From Oscillospiraceae bacterium (GTDB lineage Bacteria; Bacillota; Clostridia; Monoglobales; WRAG01): 64,000 nucleotides of DNA. The translations under genes were made by a program, and so were the position numbers. The notes beneath the pieces were generated by a model. That model had not been told where the DNA came from. It worked only from the letters and a program-made list of their open reading frames with translations, and did not search any database. This document shows, in pieces, positions 1 through 7,915 of this stretch (its first letter is position 1; each line of letters starts with the position of its first letter). The stretch lies in the NCBI GenBank assembly GCA_009780345.1, contig WRAG01000005.1, positions 2,377-66,376 on the forward strand. Reading direction: 5' to 3'.

Positions 1-1080
1 AACTTCCGCACTTGTTGTGCTTGAGGCAACACCATCTGACCACCTCATTTGGAATCCGTGAGTCGAGTTTGCAGCCAAACCTCCGAAATTTGCAGTCGTT
101 CCCCAGGCGCCCCACACTCCGTTCTGAGGACGTCTTCGGAATTCAGCGGTCCAGCCGACATGTGATGCAATAGTATTCAAATTTATTGCACTTTGTGTCC
201 TAGTGCTCATCGTTGGGTTCTGCGGTGTGGCATGACGATAAAACACCACATTCATCGACGTTGTCGCACCTGACACCCCCGGTCGTCCGGGTGCTGTCCA
301 CGTCCACCTAAACGCCGGCTGCTGCTGATTCACCCAATGGATGCGCTCGCCCAACACCGTAAACGGCCAAGTCATGGGTCCCGACGTGTTATTTGTGACT
401 GTCGTATAAGCGTTACCCCCGCCCCAAGGATTGCTAGGACTAAAATTCATCAAATTTCCCGGGATCGACGCACCCGTGTGAGAGTGCACACCCGAACCCC
501 ACACCCTCACGCCACTAGCCTCCCCCACACCAACGGGCACCCCAGGGGGCATGTGGACTCTCATATTCGCCGGTCGTGCAAAATTCAACGGCATTATCCC
601 TATATAGGCCGGTGAAATCCCTACCGACTCTTCACCCTCTTCAAGAAAGGTTATATATAATGTGCTTGTTACAGGGTCATAGCGACGCGTATACCCTCCT
701 GTCCAAACATCATGTTCATCATTATAATTCTCAAAATAATTCTCAAAATCCCATTCGTCCGGAAATTCGGGAAATCCGTCAAAATCAGACCAATCCATAT
801 CGGGCAAATCGGGCAATTCCGGCTCGATTTCGTCATTTTCCCCGAAAATATTATCTTCTTCGACAATTTCATCATCTATATTAACTTCATTTTCCTCATT
901 TATGTCTGTTTCGTCATCTAAATCAAAATAAACCTCATCATCGACGATTTCTGTTTCGTCAACGTAAGGCTCCTCGTATGTAGGCATAGCAAATCCCGGT
1001 AAAACCGAAAAAAGCATAGCGAAAGCAATCACCAATGCTAAAGACTTGCTTAAAATCCCACCTCTAAATCGTAACTCCAT
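1..1080 (-). CDS. Secreted surface protein. The 5' end is complete and the 3' end runs off the window. It has a signal peptide, an Asp/Glu-rich linker and an FN3-like distal part.
   Basis: Absent from the ORF track because it has no stop codon in the window. The reverse complement from the ATG at 1078-1080 reads MELRFRGGILSKSLALVIAFAMLFSVLPGFAMP... and stays open to position 1 (360 codons). The N-terminus is hydrophobic. A D/E-rich tract follows. The segment ...INLNTIASHVGWTAEFRRRP...GFQMRW resembles the FN3-like repeats of the 939-aa protein. Confidence 0.6.
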   Translation of the reverse strand, partial: MELRFRGGILSKSLALVIAFAMLFSVLPGFAMPTYEEPYVDETEIVDDEVYFDLDDETDINEENEVNIDDEIVEEDNIFGENDEIEPELPDLPDMDWSDFDGFPEFPDEWDFENYFENYNDEHDVWTGGYTRRYDPVTSTLYITFLEEGEESVGISPAYIGIMPLNFARPANMRVHMPPGVPVGVGEASGVRVWGSGVHSHTGASIPGNLMNFSPSNPWGGGNAYTTVTNNTSGPMTWPFTVLGERIHWVNQQQPAFRWTWTAPGRPGVSGATTSMNVVFYRHATPQNPTMSTRTQSAINLNTIASHVGWTAEFRRRPQNGVWGAWGTTANFGGLAANSTHGFQMRWSDGVASSTTSAEV

Positions 1081-1228
1081 TTTTACATCATTCCTTTTCC
1101 TTTTAAGATTTTTAAGGCTCCTTTGGCAAAGGAGCTGTCAGCTTTGCTGACTGAGGATTGTTTTCCTCTATATATCAACTTTCACCGCAAAACCTCGCCG
1201 TGAAAAAATTGTTTTTTGTTGTTTGTTT

Positions 1229-2416
1229 TTACATTCGCGCGAACCAGTCGGCAATATCTTCGTCGGTTATCGGCAATCGTTCGTCTGTTACCTCAAACAC
1301 AACGCGAAACCCGGCTTGTTGGTTTTCGGTATAACCGAGATAGATGAATCTGTTCGGCTCTTCGAGATAGTAAAGCTCCATATTTTCTCTATCGCCAAAC
1401 CGCGACCCGCCCAAAAGCAAAAATCCGAATAAGTCAACGAATTCGTCGAACTCGGCTCGGCTTTCGATTTCCTGTATAAGCGCCACGATGTCAAAAGCGT
1501 CGTAATCTTCAATTTCCGCGACAATCGCGGGCGGCGGATTGATAAATGTGTCATTCACATAAAGACCGAGATACACAACTCCCGCAACTACCACGGCACA
1601 AGCTACTCCAATACCTATATTAGCGAAAACGCCTGCCGTTTTTACGCTCTCGGCAACAACAACTTCCGCGGCAACAGTTCCCGCGCTTGCGGCTCCGCTA
1701 ATTTCAATCCCGGCACACACACCTTGCCAAACAATTGCTCCAACTTCTGCGGTTACAATCGCGTTTGCCTCTTCCATCAAAATTTTCGTAATAATCGGAA
1801 CAGAAACAATAACCATAGGAATAGTTAACGCCCCTTTCTCTATAAGTACTTCCGCCCGTTCCCGCAAAGATTTCCTTGCACGAAACAGGCTGTTTTTTAC
1901 CGCGCTAATTTCACTATCCGTAATTTCGGCAATTTCGGCAATTGATAAATCGTCATAATAAAAATACAATATCGCCTCACGCTGTTTTGACGGTAAAGTT
2001 TCAATCATTTTTGCGAGTTCATTCCTTACATCTTCTCTGTCATACGCCTCACTCGGTAGAAATTCGGGATTATCTTCTTCCGCCGTTTCGTGAGATTCAA
2101 TATCGTCAACGTCGGTGTGCAATTTCGCGCCACGCATTTTTGATTTAAGAATTTCAGAACAAGTATAGGTTATAATCGTGTGCATAAATTTGTTAAACGC
2201 ATTCGGTGATAGCAAATTCTCAAATTTATTGTGCAATCGCAAAAAAATCATTTGTGTTGCGTCTTGTGCGTCCCGTTTATCTCCAAGGATTTTATAGCAG
2301 CGGAAATAAACGTTACGCCACGATGCTTCGTACAGTTTCTCAAAATAAAGTTCTTTATTTCCTTGAACTTTCTCTACCAACATTGCAATTTCTGCATTAC
2401 TCATAAGCTCCTCCAC
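1229..2416 (-). CDS. Sigma-70 family (ECF-like) sigma factor fused to a hydrophobic/transmembrane segment and a ~110-aa C-terminal domain
   Basis: A region-2-like motif (DAQDATQMIFLRLHNKF) and a region-4 HTH (LPSKQREAILYFYYDDLSIAEIAEITDSEISAVKNSLFRARKSL) are present. They are followed by an Ala/Gly/Val-rich stretch with a clear TM helix (GVFANIGIGVACAVVVAGVVYLGLYV) and an acidic tail. AAAGGAG lies 9 nt upstream of the GTG start. Confidence 0.7.
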   Translation of the reverse strand: MEELMSNAEIAMLVEKVQGNKELYFEKLYEASWRNVYFRCYKILGDKRDAQDATQMIFLRLHNKFENLLSPNAFNKFMHTIITYTCSEILKSKMRGAKLHTDVDDIESHETAEEDNPEFLPSEAYDREDVRNELAKMIETLPSKQREAILYFYYDDLSIAEIAEITDSEISAVKNSLFRARKSLRERAEVLIEKGALTIPMVIVSVPIITKILMEEANAIVTAEVGAIVWQGVCAGIEISGAASAGTVAAEVVVAESVKTAGVFANIGIGVACAVVVAGVVYLGLYVNDTFINPPPAIVAEIEDYDAFDIVALIQEIESRAEFDEFVDLFGFLLLGGSRFGDRENMELYYLEEPNRFIYLGYTENQQAGFRVVFEVTDERLPITDEDIADWFARM

Positions 2417-2670
2417 ACTCTATTTCTCCTTTTAGTGTTTTTTTGCTCACATACATAAATGGTCTGAAAACAACAAAAGGTTAGTTTTTTTTGAAAAATA
2501 ATTTTAATTTTTTTTAGAAATTTTAATTTTTAACTTGTATCATACATTTTTACCACCCTATTCGCGTAATATTTATCAATTATTTTTGTTATTATATAAA
2601 AAATTTTTCGATAAAGCAAATTTTTTCACGACTCGTGGAAGCAGTCATCGAAAATGTAAAATATTTTTTC

Positions 2671-2699
2671 TTGAAAAATGAAAAACTATGTGATATAAT
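2671..2699 (+). promoter_or_regulatory. Sigma-A type promoter upstream of the 664-aa surface protein gene
   Basis: TTGAAA, a 17-nt spacer, then TATAAT with a TGn extended -10 (tgaTATAAT), about 130 nt upstream of the ATG at 2828 in an AT-rich spacer. Confidence 0.4.
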
Positions 2700-2827
2700 G
2701 ACCGAAAACGTCATTGAAACGCATAGATGAAGAAAAATTTTCTAAAGTCGAAAATTTTTCCTGTGATTGCGTTATAATGACGAAAATCGTATTATAAATT
2801 TTTTGTTGCAAAGGAGGTTTGGAGACG

Positions 2828-4813
2828 ATGAGGCTAAAAAACATTTTTTCAATTCTGATAATTTTATCTATATTATTGTTACCAATATCGGCAATGGGCG
2901 ATGACCTGCCAGGCGACGACAGTTCTAATATAATTACAGAAAATGAAACAATCTCTCAATCGGAATCAAACCCCGAAACAAATACAAACAACGAACCTTC
3001 CGATACAGATAATATAGAATCCGGCGCGGACAACGCGGAAGCTGAATCGCTGCCCGATATAAACGAAAGTGCAAATAACGACGAAACCGCTGATACTGAC
3101 AATTCAAACAATGAATCTGATATTCCGGAAAACGAATCGAACGGAGGCAATGATGAATCAAGCGATTATGAAGATATTGACGCTTTAAGCGGTCCCGGCG
3201 ACTTCATTAACCGAGGAACTATCACATACAACTTAACAGGCGGAACAGACGGACCTACACCGAACCCTGAATTTGCGTTAGTAGGCACGGGAAGACCGTT
3301 AAGCGAAACGGAACCGATACACGACCAAGCAGACTTAAGCGGTGAAATGACCGATGTAATATTTGTTGGTTGGAGCTTAACCGAGCCGAGTGGTATATTT
3401 ACAATATCTGACGAGTTACCCGAGTTGGTAACGAGCGTTACTATCGTATTAAATGAAAACGTAACGGTATATGCGGTTTGGAAATTTAACATCCCTTTGA
3501 CGCACGAAATAACCTTTAACCTAAACGGCGGAAATATCGCAGGCGACGCCGAGGCGGTTATAATTTCTGTTGTAGACGGCGAAACAATCGGCAATGCGAT
3601 TCCCGTGCCTGTGCGAACTAACCACCGATTTAACGGCTGGCGCGAAAACGGAACGGAACCTTTGAAAACTTCCGATTATATTGCAGAATTAACTATTTAC
3701 GAACCTCGTTCATTTACGGCGTCATGGACGCGGATAAATACAGGCGGTGGAGGCGGTTGGATTCCAATTCCACCACCAATTCCCCATGAATCGGAAGATG
3801 CGGAAGAACTACCGGAAGAACCCGAACCGCCGGAGGAAACACCACCCGTGGAAGAACCGCCAACAGAAGAAATTATACCGGAAGAAATACCACCTATCGA
3901 AGAAATACCCGAAATCGAATATCCGCCTTACGAACCATACGAGCCGGAAGAAGAAATATCTATATTTGAACCCGAACCCAAGATTGAAGAAGAATATATT
4001 GAAACTGAAGAACCGCAAGAGGAAGACGAAAACGAGGAAATCGCCTCGGTTATTGTTTCGTTTACTTTGACCGATATCGGTAATCCTTTCAACGGCGATG
4101 TTCGACGTTTTAGAATAATCAACAATTCGTCTGCGGGACTTCGATTTGTGTCCGGTACAATTCCGGCGTTTAGGTTCGGAAATGGTATTACCTATATAGT
4201 AAGATACCGAACCAACTTTAACAATTCACTTCGTATTATGGCAAGTAATATCCCCGCTGACAGACCGTTCACACTCTTACCGCCGCCGTTAACGAACGGC
4301 GAGGTTATTACCGAAATAAAAATTGAGTTTGACGTTGTGCCTGTCGGGTTCGGCGTTGGCGATAATATTATATATAGGTTTGAAGTCTTGTACGAAAACA
4401 ACGCGACCAATCAATATGGAATTATGTTTGGCGAAATCAATCAGCGAAATTTCTTCATAGGCGCGACGTTTCATAATATAGACAGACTTTCAAACCGCGA
4501 GAATATATACGACGAAGCATCGTGGAAAAACTTACAGTATACTATTGAATATGCACAAGGAATTATAAGCAATCCGAATTCTACAACCGAAGAAATTGAG
4601 GCGGCTTATTTTCTATTGCAACAAGCGATTAGCGAGTTAAACCCTATATATTCAGCCGCGGCAACCACGACAGCACCACCTTTCGCGCTCGGTAGATTAT
4701 TTATCGCATTTACTGTTCTTGCATTAGTTATGGGGGCATTTTTTGCAATAATAAAGTTGTTGAAGTATAAAAAGCGGATTGCAATAAATCTACCCAAACG
4801 AGCGTTAACGTAA
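2828..4813 (+). CDS. Cell-surface protein with an acidic N-terminal region, Listeria-Bacteroides-type repeats, a Pro/Glu-rich linker, a FIVAR-like helix bundle and a C-terminal TM anchor
   Basis: AAGGAGG lies 10 nt before the ATG at 2828, and a signal peptide (IFSILIILSILLLPISAMG) follows. Repeat motifs are ITYNLTGGTDGP...VGWSL and ITFNLNGGNIAG...RFNGWRENG. The linker is of the type PEEPEPPEETPPVEEPPTEE. The C-terminus reads ...EIEAAYFLLQQAISEL followed by LFIAFTVLALVMGAFFAIIKLLKYKKR. Confidence 0.65.
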   Translation: MRLKNIFSILIILSILLLPISAMGDDLPGDDSSNIITENETISQSESNPETNTNNEPSDTDNIESGADNAEAESLPDINESANNDETADTDNSNNESDIPENESNGGNDESSDYEDIDALSGPGDFINRGTITYNLTGGTDGPTPNPEFALVGTGRPLSETEPIHDQADLSGEMTDVIFVGWSLTEPSGIFTISDELPELVTSVTIVLNENVTVYAVWKFNIPLTHEITFNLNGGNIAGDAEAVIISVVDGETIGNAIPVPVRTNHRFNGWRENGTEPLKTSDYIAELTIYEPRSFTASWTRINTGGGGGWIPIPPPIPHESEDAEELPEEPEPPEETPPVEEPPTEEIIPEEIPPIEEIPEIEYPPYEPYEPEEEISIFEPEPKIEEEYIETEEPQEEDENEEIASVIVSFTLTDIGNPFNGDVRRFRIINNSSAGLRFVSGTIPAFRFGNGITYIVRYRTNFNNSLRIMASNIPADRPFTLLPPPLTNGEVITEIKIEFDVVPVGFGVGDNIIYRFEVLYENNATNQYGIMFGEINQRNFFIGATFHNIDRLSNRENIYDEASWKNLQYTIEYAQGIISNPNSTTEEIEAAYFLLQQAISELNPIYSAAATTTAPPFALGRLFIAFTVLALVMGAFFAIIKLLKYKKRIAINLPKRALT

Positions 4814-4814
4814 T

Positions 4815-5660
4815 TTTTAATTTTCTCTTTCAAAATCGCAACTTCCAATTGCTCCTTGCGTTCTTGCAACTCGTCAAGCCGTGCCTTTGTAAAGTCGTTC
4901 AAAATACCTTGCTGTATAGCATTGACATAGCAATGTTTCTTGCCTAATTTGCCCGTACCGCTCTCGCCCGCCATAAATGCACCGCATTTCCCGCAAAACA
5001 GCTTGGTTATAAGGATAAAACTCTCGTTCTCGTCTTTTTTCCGTGCAGGGGCTTTCTTATTCTTTTCCATTTTGGTTTGAACGCTGTCAAACAATTCCGG
5101 AGATACAATAGGCTCAAAAGCGTTCTCCATAACAACATCTTTGAAACGGTCCTCTCCCAAGTAACGGCGATTTTTCAGCAGATGCGTAACCGTATTTATA
5201 GTAATCTTACCGCCTTTGGCTGTTCTAATGCCTTTATTGTTAAGGTCGTCAACGATTGCTTTAATGGACGAACCGTTCACATAATCAACATAAACTTCCC
5301 GCACCACAGGGGCTAAAATGGTGTCAACTTGGAAATGCTGTTGTTCGTTAACCTTATATCCTATACCCTCAAATATACTTTCCATCAACTGCCCCTCAGG
5401 GCTATCGTCAATCGGTTCTGTCGCTGAAATCAACTTGACATTATTCTGTTTTAGAATAAATTTGCAATGTGCGCTGTCGTACTTGTCACGGCTAAATCGG
5501 TCAATCTTCCAAACCACAATGACATCAAACAAGCCCTTCTTACAATCAGCAATCATACGTTGAAAATCAGGACGGTTGTCGTTCTTGCCTGATTTCACTC
5601 GGTCTGTGTAAGCTTGAATGACCGTCAATCCTTTTCGCTCGGCAAAAGCGTTGTAATCTA
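4815..5660 (-). pseudogene. Large serine recombinase (resolvase/invertase domain, recombinase domain, zinc ribbon), body only and internally deleted
   Basis: Family motifs are present: ...YNAFAERKGLTVIQAYTDRVKSGKNDNRPDFQRMIADCKKGLFDVIVVWKIDRFSRD..., IVSPELFDSVQ and LFCGKCGAFMAGESGTGKLGKKHCY. Expected stretches between motifs are missing (EGIGYKVNEQQHF; HCYVNAIQQGI). The first 55 and last ~65 residues of the 403-aa track ORF are read-through of non-homologous DNA, including the antisense of the neighbouring gene. Confidence 0.7.
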
Positions 5661-5676
5661 CGAATGATGCACCTGC

Positions 5677-5704
5677 AAGGCACTTATGACCACATAAGTG
5701 CCTT
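5677..5704. repeat. Perfect palindrome (12-bp arms, 4-nt centre)
   Basis: AAGGCACTTATG-ACCA-CATAAGTGCCTT, read directly. It lies about 20 bp from the point where recombinase homology breaks off. Confidence 0.8.
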
Positions 5705-5810
5705 GTATAGCTGTTGACAAAAAAATAATTCGTTCGCAAGCACGGCATAACGCTATACAGCGTTATACATTTCTTGTTTGGAATTATTCCCAAGCCCTTG
5801 CCGAAACCAT

Positions 5811-5839
5811 TTGACATTTCCGTTCGTTTAAGTTATACT
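5811..5839 (+). promoter_or_regulatory. Near-consensus promoter in front of the orphan recombinase 5' fragment
   Basis: TTGACA, a 17-nt spacer, then TATACT, 27 nt upstream of the ATG at 5866. Confidence 0.45.
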
Positions 5840-5865
5840 AATTTTATAAACCGATGTGAAGCCCA

Positions 5866-5943
5866 ATGAATGCAGTCATATATGCACGGTATTCAAGCGA
5901 TAATCAACGTGAAGAAAGCATAAAGGGGCAACTCCGAGATTAT
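5866..5943 (+). pseudogene. Orphan 5' fragment of a serine recombinase gene carrying the catalytic-serine motif, on the opposite strand from the body
   Basis: Translates to MNAVIYARYSSDNQREESIKGQLRDY, the canonical N-terminus of large serine recombinases. The minus-strand body resumes at ..DYNAFAERKG, so the two pieces join conceptually at GAT TA(T/C). Confidence 0.6.
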
Positions 5944-6228
5944 ATCACTAAAAATTTGCTCGTCAGCTATGGCTCGAAGTCTATTCTGCCATTGTACTCT
6001 TTCCATATAATCATCGCTCGGTGGCAGGATTGATTTTCCCAATTGCTCCATAATCCGCTCGAACATTTTCCCTGCTCGTTCGTCAAGTTCATTAAGGTGC
6101 GGAATTAGATTGCCTTCTGCTTGCAACTGATGATACTCGTCCTGACGGTAGTTTTTTAGAAATTCACGCCGTGACATTCCCCATTTGCCGTAATTAGGGG
6201 CCACATTCTGCACCTCCAAACATCTCAA
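5893..6228 (-). CDS. TnpV-like transposon accessory protein, probably N-terminally truncated or decayed
   Basis: ...NYGKWGMSRREFLKNYRQDEYHQLQAEGNLIPHLNELDERAGKMFERIMEQLGK...WQNRLRAIADEQIFSDII matches my memory of TnpV proteins that accompany clostridial serine-recombinase elements. It starts at a TTG directly after an in-frame TGA, and its 3' end reads into the recombinase fragment. Confidence 0.45.
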   Translation of the reverse strand: MRCLEVQNVAPNYGKWGMSRREFLKNYRQDEYHQLQAEGNLIPHLNELDERAGKMFERIMEQLGKSILPPSDDYMERVQWQNRLRAIADEQIFSDIISELPLYAFFTLIIA

Positions 6229-6530
6229 TCATAAACTTAACACCATATCTAACTCCCGCTACAAAATTATCGCTTGCACGTTGGCTTGAAAGCAAATCAT
6301 TATCATCTATTATGATGCGGAGCAAGATTTTCTTCTGCCGCTTATTAAAGTTTTTTGAGCATGTCCTCATTTTATGCTATGCGTTGTAATATAGCGGGGT
6401 CACGCTTATTTAACAAAAATTCCATATCGTGCTTGTAGAATAATTCTTGTAAAATGTTCTCCATATCGTACCTCCTCAAATTTTTCTTGATTTTCGTAAA
6501 GTCAAGAGGTTTTTGAAAAATTTTTAGGAG

Positions 6531-7133
6531 ATGATGTTCGTGAAAAGGATAATCAGCATAATGTTATGTCTTGCAATGATTGCTACTTTGGTCGGTTGCG
6601 GTGGAATATCTGCGAGTGTTGCAGATAACTCTTTCACGGCTATTTCTGCCGAGCAAGCTTTTGAGATGATGAACGATTTGGACGATTTTATTCTTATTGA
6701 CGCGCGAACATACAATGCCTTTAGATTGTGGCGAATCGCCGGAGCAATTTTGATTCCGCATGACGAGATTGCCGAGCGTGCGGCGAATGAATTACCGGAC
6801 AAAGATGCGATGATTTTTGTTTATTCTTTAGGCGGATACGGAAGCGAGCAAGCCGCGCAAACGCTTGAAAATTTAGGATACACAAACGTATATGAATTTA
6901 GAACTATGAGGTCTAACCTAACAAAGATAGGATTTGAAATTATCAATGATAACGCGGATATTATTGCGGAATATTTCGCAAACGCGATTTCGGTTGAAAC
7001 ACGTGACGGATTTTGGGGCATCACGCATACAATTGAGCCGTCTGAAAGAGAAAATGTTGAGCCGTGGTGGGAATTTGATGGCACAATTATGGTAAATGGC
7101 GATATTATTGACGCAGAGGCGATTTCTGCATAA
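6531..7133 (+). CDS. Rhodanese-homology-domain lipoprotein whose active-site Cys is replaced by Ser
   Basis: A lipobox is present (MIATLVGCGG). The rhodanese pattern is ILIDARTYNAFRLWRIAGAILIP...IFVYSLGGYGSEQAAQTLENLGYTNVY, where the usual CxxGxRS loop reads SLGGYGS. Confidence 0.65.
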   Translation: MMFVKRIISIMLCLAMIATLVGCGGISASVADNSFTAISAEQAFEMMNDLDDFILIDARTYNAFRLWRIAGAILIPHDEIAERAANELPDKDAMIFVYSLGGYGSEQAAQTLENLGYTNVYEFRTMRSNLTKIGFEIINDNADIIAEYFANAISVETRDGFWGITHTIEPSERENVEPWWEFDGTIMVNGDIIDAEAISA

Positions 7134-7881
7134 TCGAGACGGTCTCCGTTCCCTCGGATATTACAATGCTGACGAAGTTTATGTGCTGACATATCTTCCG
7201 ACCATTATGGTTCCACTTCGTGCGATTGCGGAAGCGTTTGGGTGGGCTGTCACTTGGAACGGCAAAGAACAATCAATAACGGTTGACACGCGCACAATTT
7301 GGATTGGCGAAAACGAGGGGTTTAATCCGGAACAGGAATGGCGAGAAGGTATGTTTCACCTCGCCGCTGCGCCTGTAATTATTGATAATTTAACTTTCGT
7401 TCCCGCAAGTTTCTTCCCTGCGCAGGTGTTTGAGGGACAACTTGTAATCGGCGGAGATTGCCTAAATCGCGCCGCTGGAATTGTAATCGGAGTTGGTTCT
7501 GCAACCGAGGAACGATTGAGTAACTATGATTCATATGTTAGATTCGCTGACCCGATCGGAACAGGTTTTAGCGAGATTATAATCGTTCCTCACGCGCCCC
7601 TCCGCGATTTTTGGTGGTTTGAGCTTGGTACGAATTGGGGTGAACCGTTTTATTTTTATATCGAAGAAGTACTATCCGCCCCCGGCGATATAACACCTGC
7701 CCGTCCATTTGTTGTAAATTGGGGGCATATGGGAACTGCGGCGTATCGAGGAATTTCGTTCCTTGATGAATATGGCGAGAGAAGATATTTTGTAATAAAT
7801 GATAGTCAAGCGGATTTTGAGGAAAGCTTGGGCGGATTTGTGATGATTTATGAATTTACGCCCGGCGTTTCGCCGTGGTAG
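7096..7881 (+). CDS. Protein with a copper-amine-oxidase-N-terminal-like (stalk) domain. It may be the frameshifted continuation of the preceding ORF.
   Basis: ...TIMVPLRAIAEAFGWAVTWNGKEQSITV... is the stalk-domain core. The ORF overlaps 6531-7133 by 38 nt in a different frame and has no convincing RBS or start of its own. Confidence 0.5.
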   Translation: MAILLTQRRFLHNRDGLRSLGYYNADEVYVLTYLPTIMVPLRAIAEAFGWAVTWNGKEQSITVDTRTIWIGENEGFNPEQEWREGMFHLAAAPVIIDNLTFVPASFFPAQVFEGQLVIGGDCLNRAAGIVIGVGSATEERLSNYDSYVRFADPIGTGFSEIIIVPHAPLRDFWWFELGTNWGEPFYFYIEEVLSAPGDITPARPFVVNWGHMGTAAYRGISFLDEYGERRYFVINDSQADFEESLGGFVMIYEFTPGVSPW

Positions 7882-7915
7882 AATGTAAACTATTGAATTT
7901 TAGGAGTTGATAGCT

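Larger units (their letters stand above)
4815..6470. mobile_element. Decayed mobile-element remnant made of large serine recombinase pieces, a TnpV-like ORF and a broken small accessory gene
   Basis: Recombinase homology carries several internal deletions. Its 5' fragment lies on the opposite strand. A TnpV-like ORF is present. A small gene is split between two frames (MENILQELFYKHD... and ...KKILLRIIIDDNDLL..VAGVRYGVKFMIEMFGG). Confidence 0.6.

Noticed and set aside
4606-4813. C-terminal ~65 aa of the 403-aa minus-strand ORF, overlapping the end of the 664-aa gene
   Set aside because: This part is the antisense of the well-supported FIVAR/TM-anchor coding region. Recombinase homology stops at about 4815, so it is read-through and not a real overlap.
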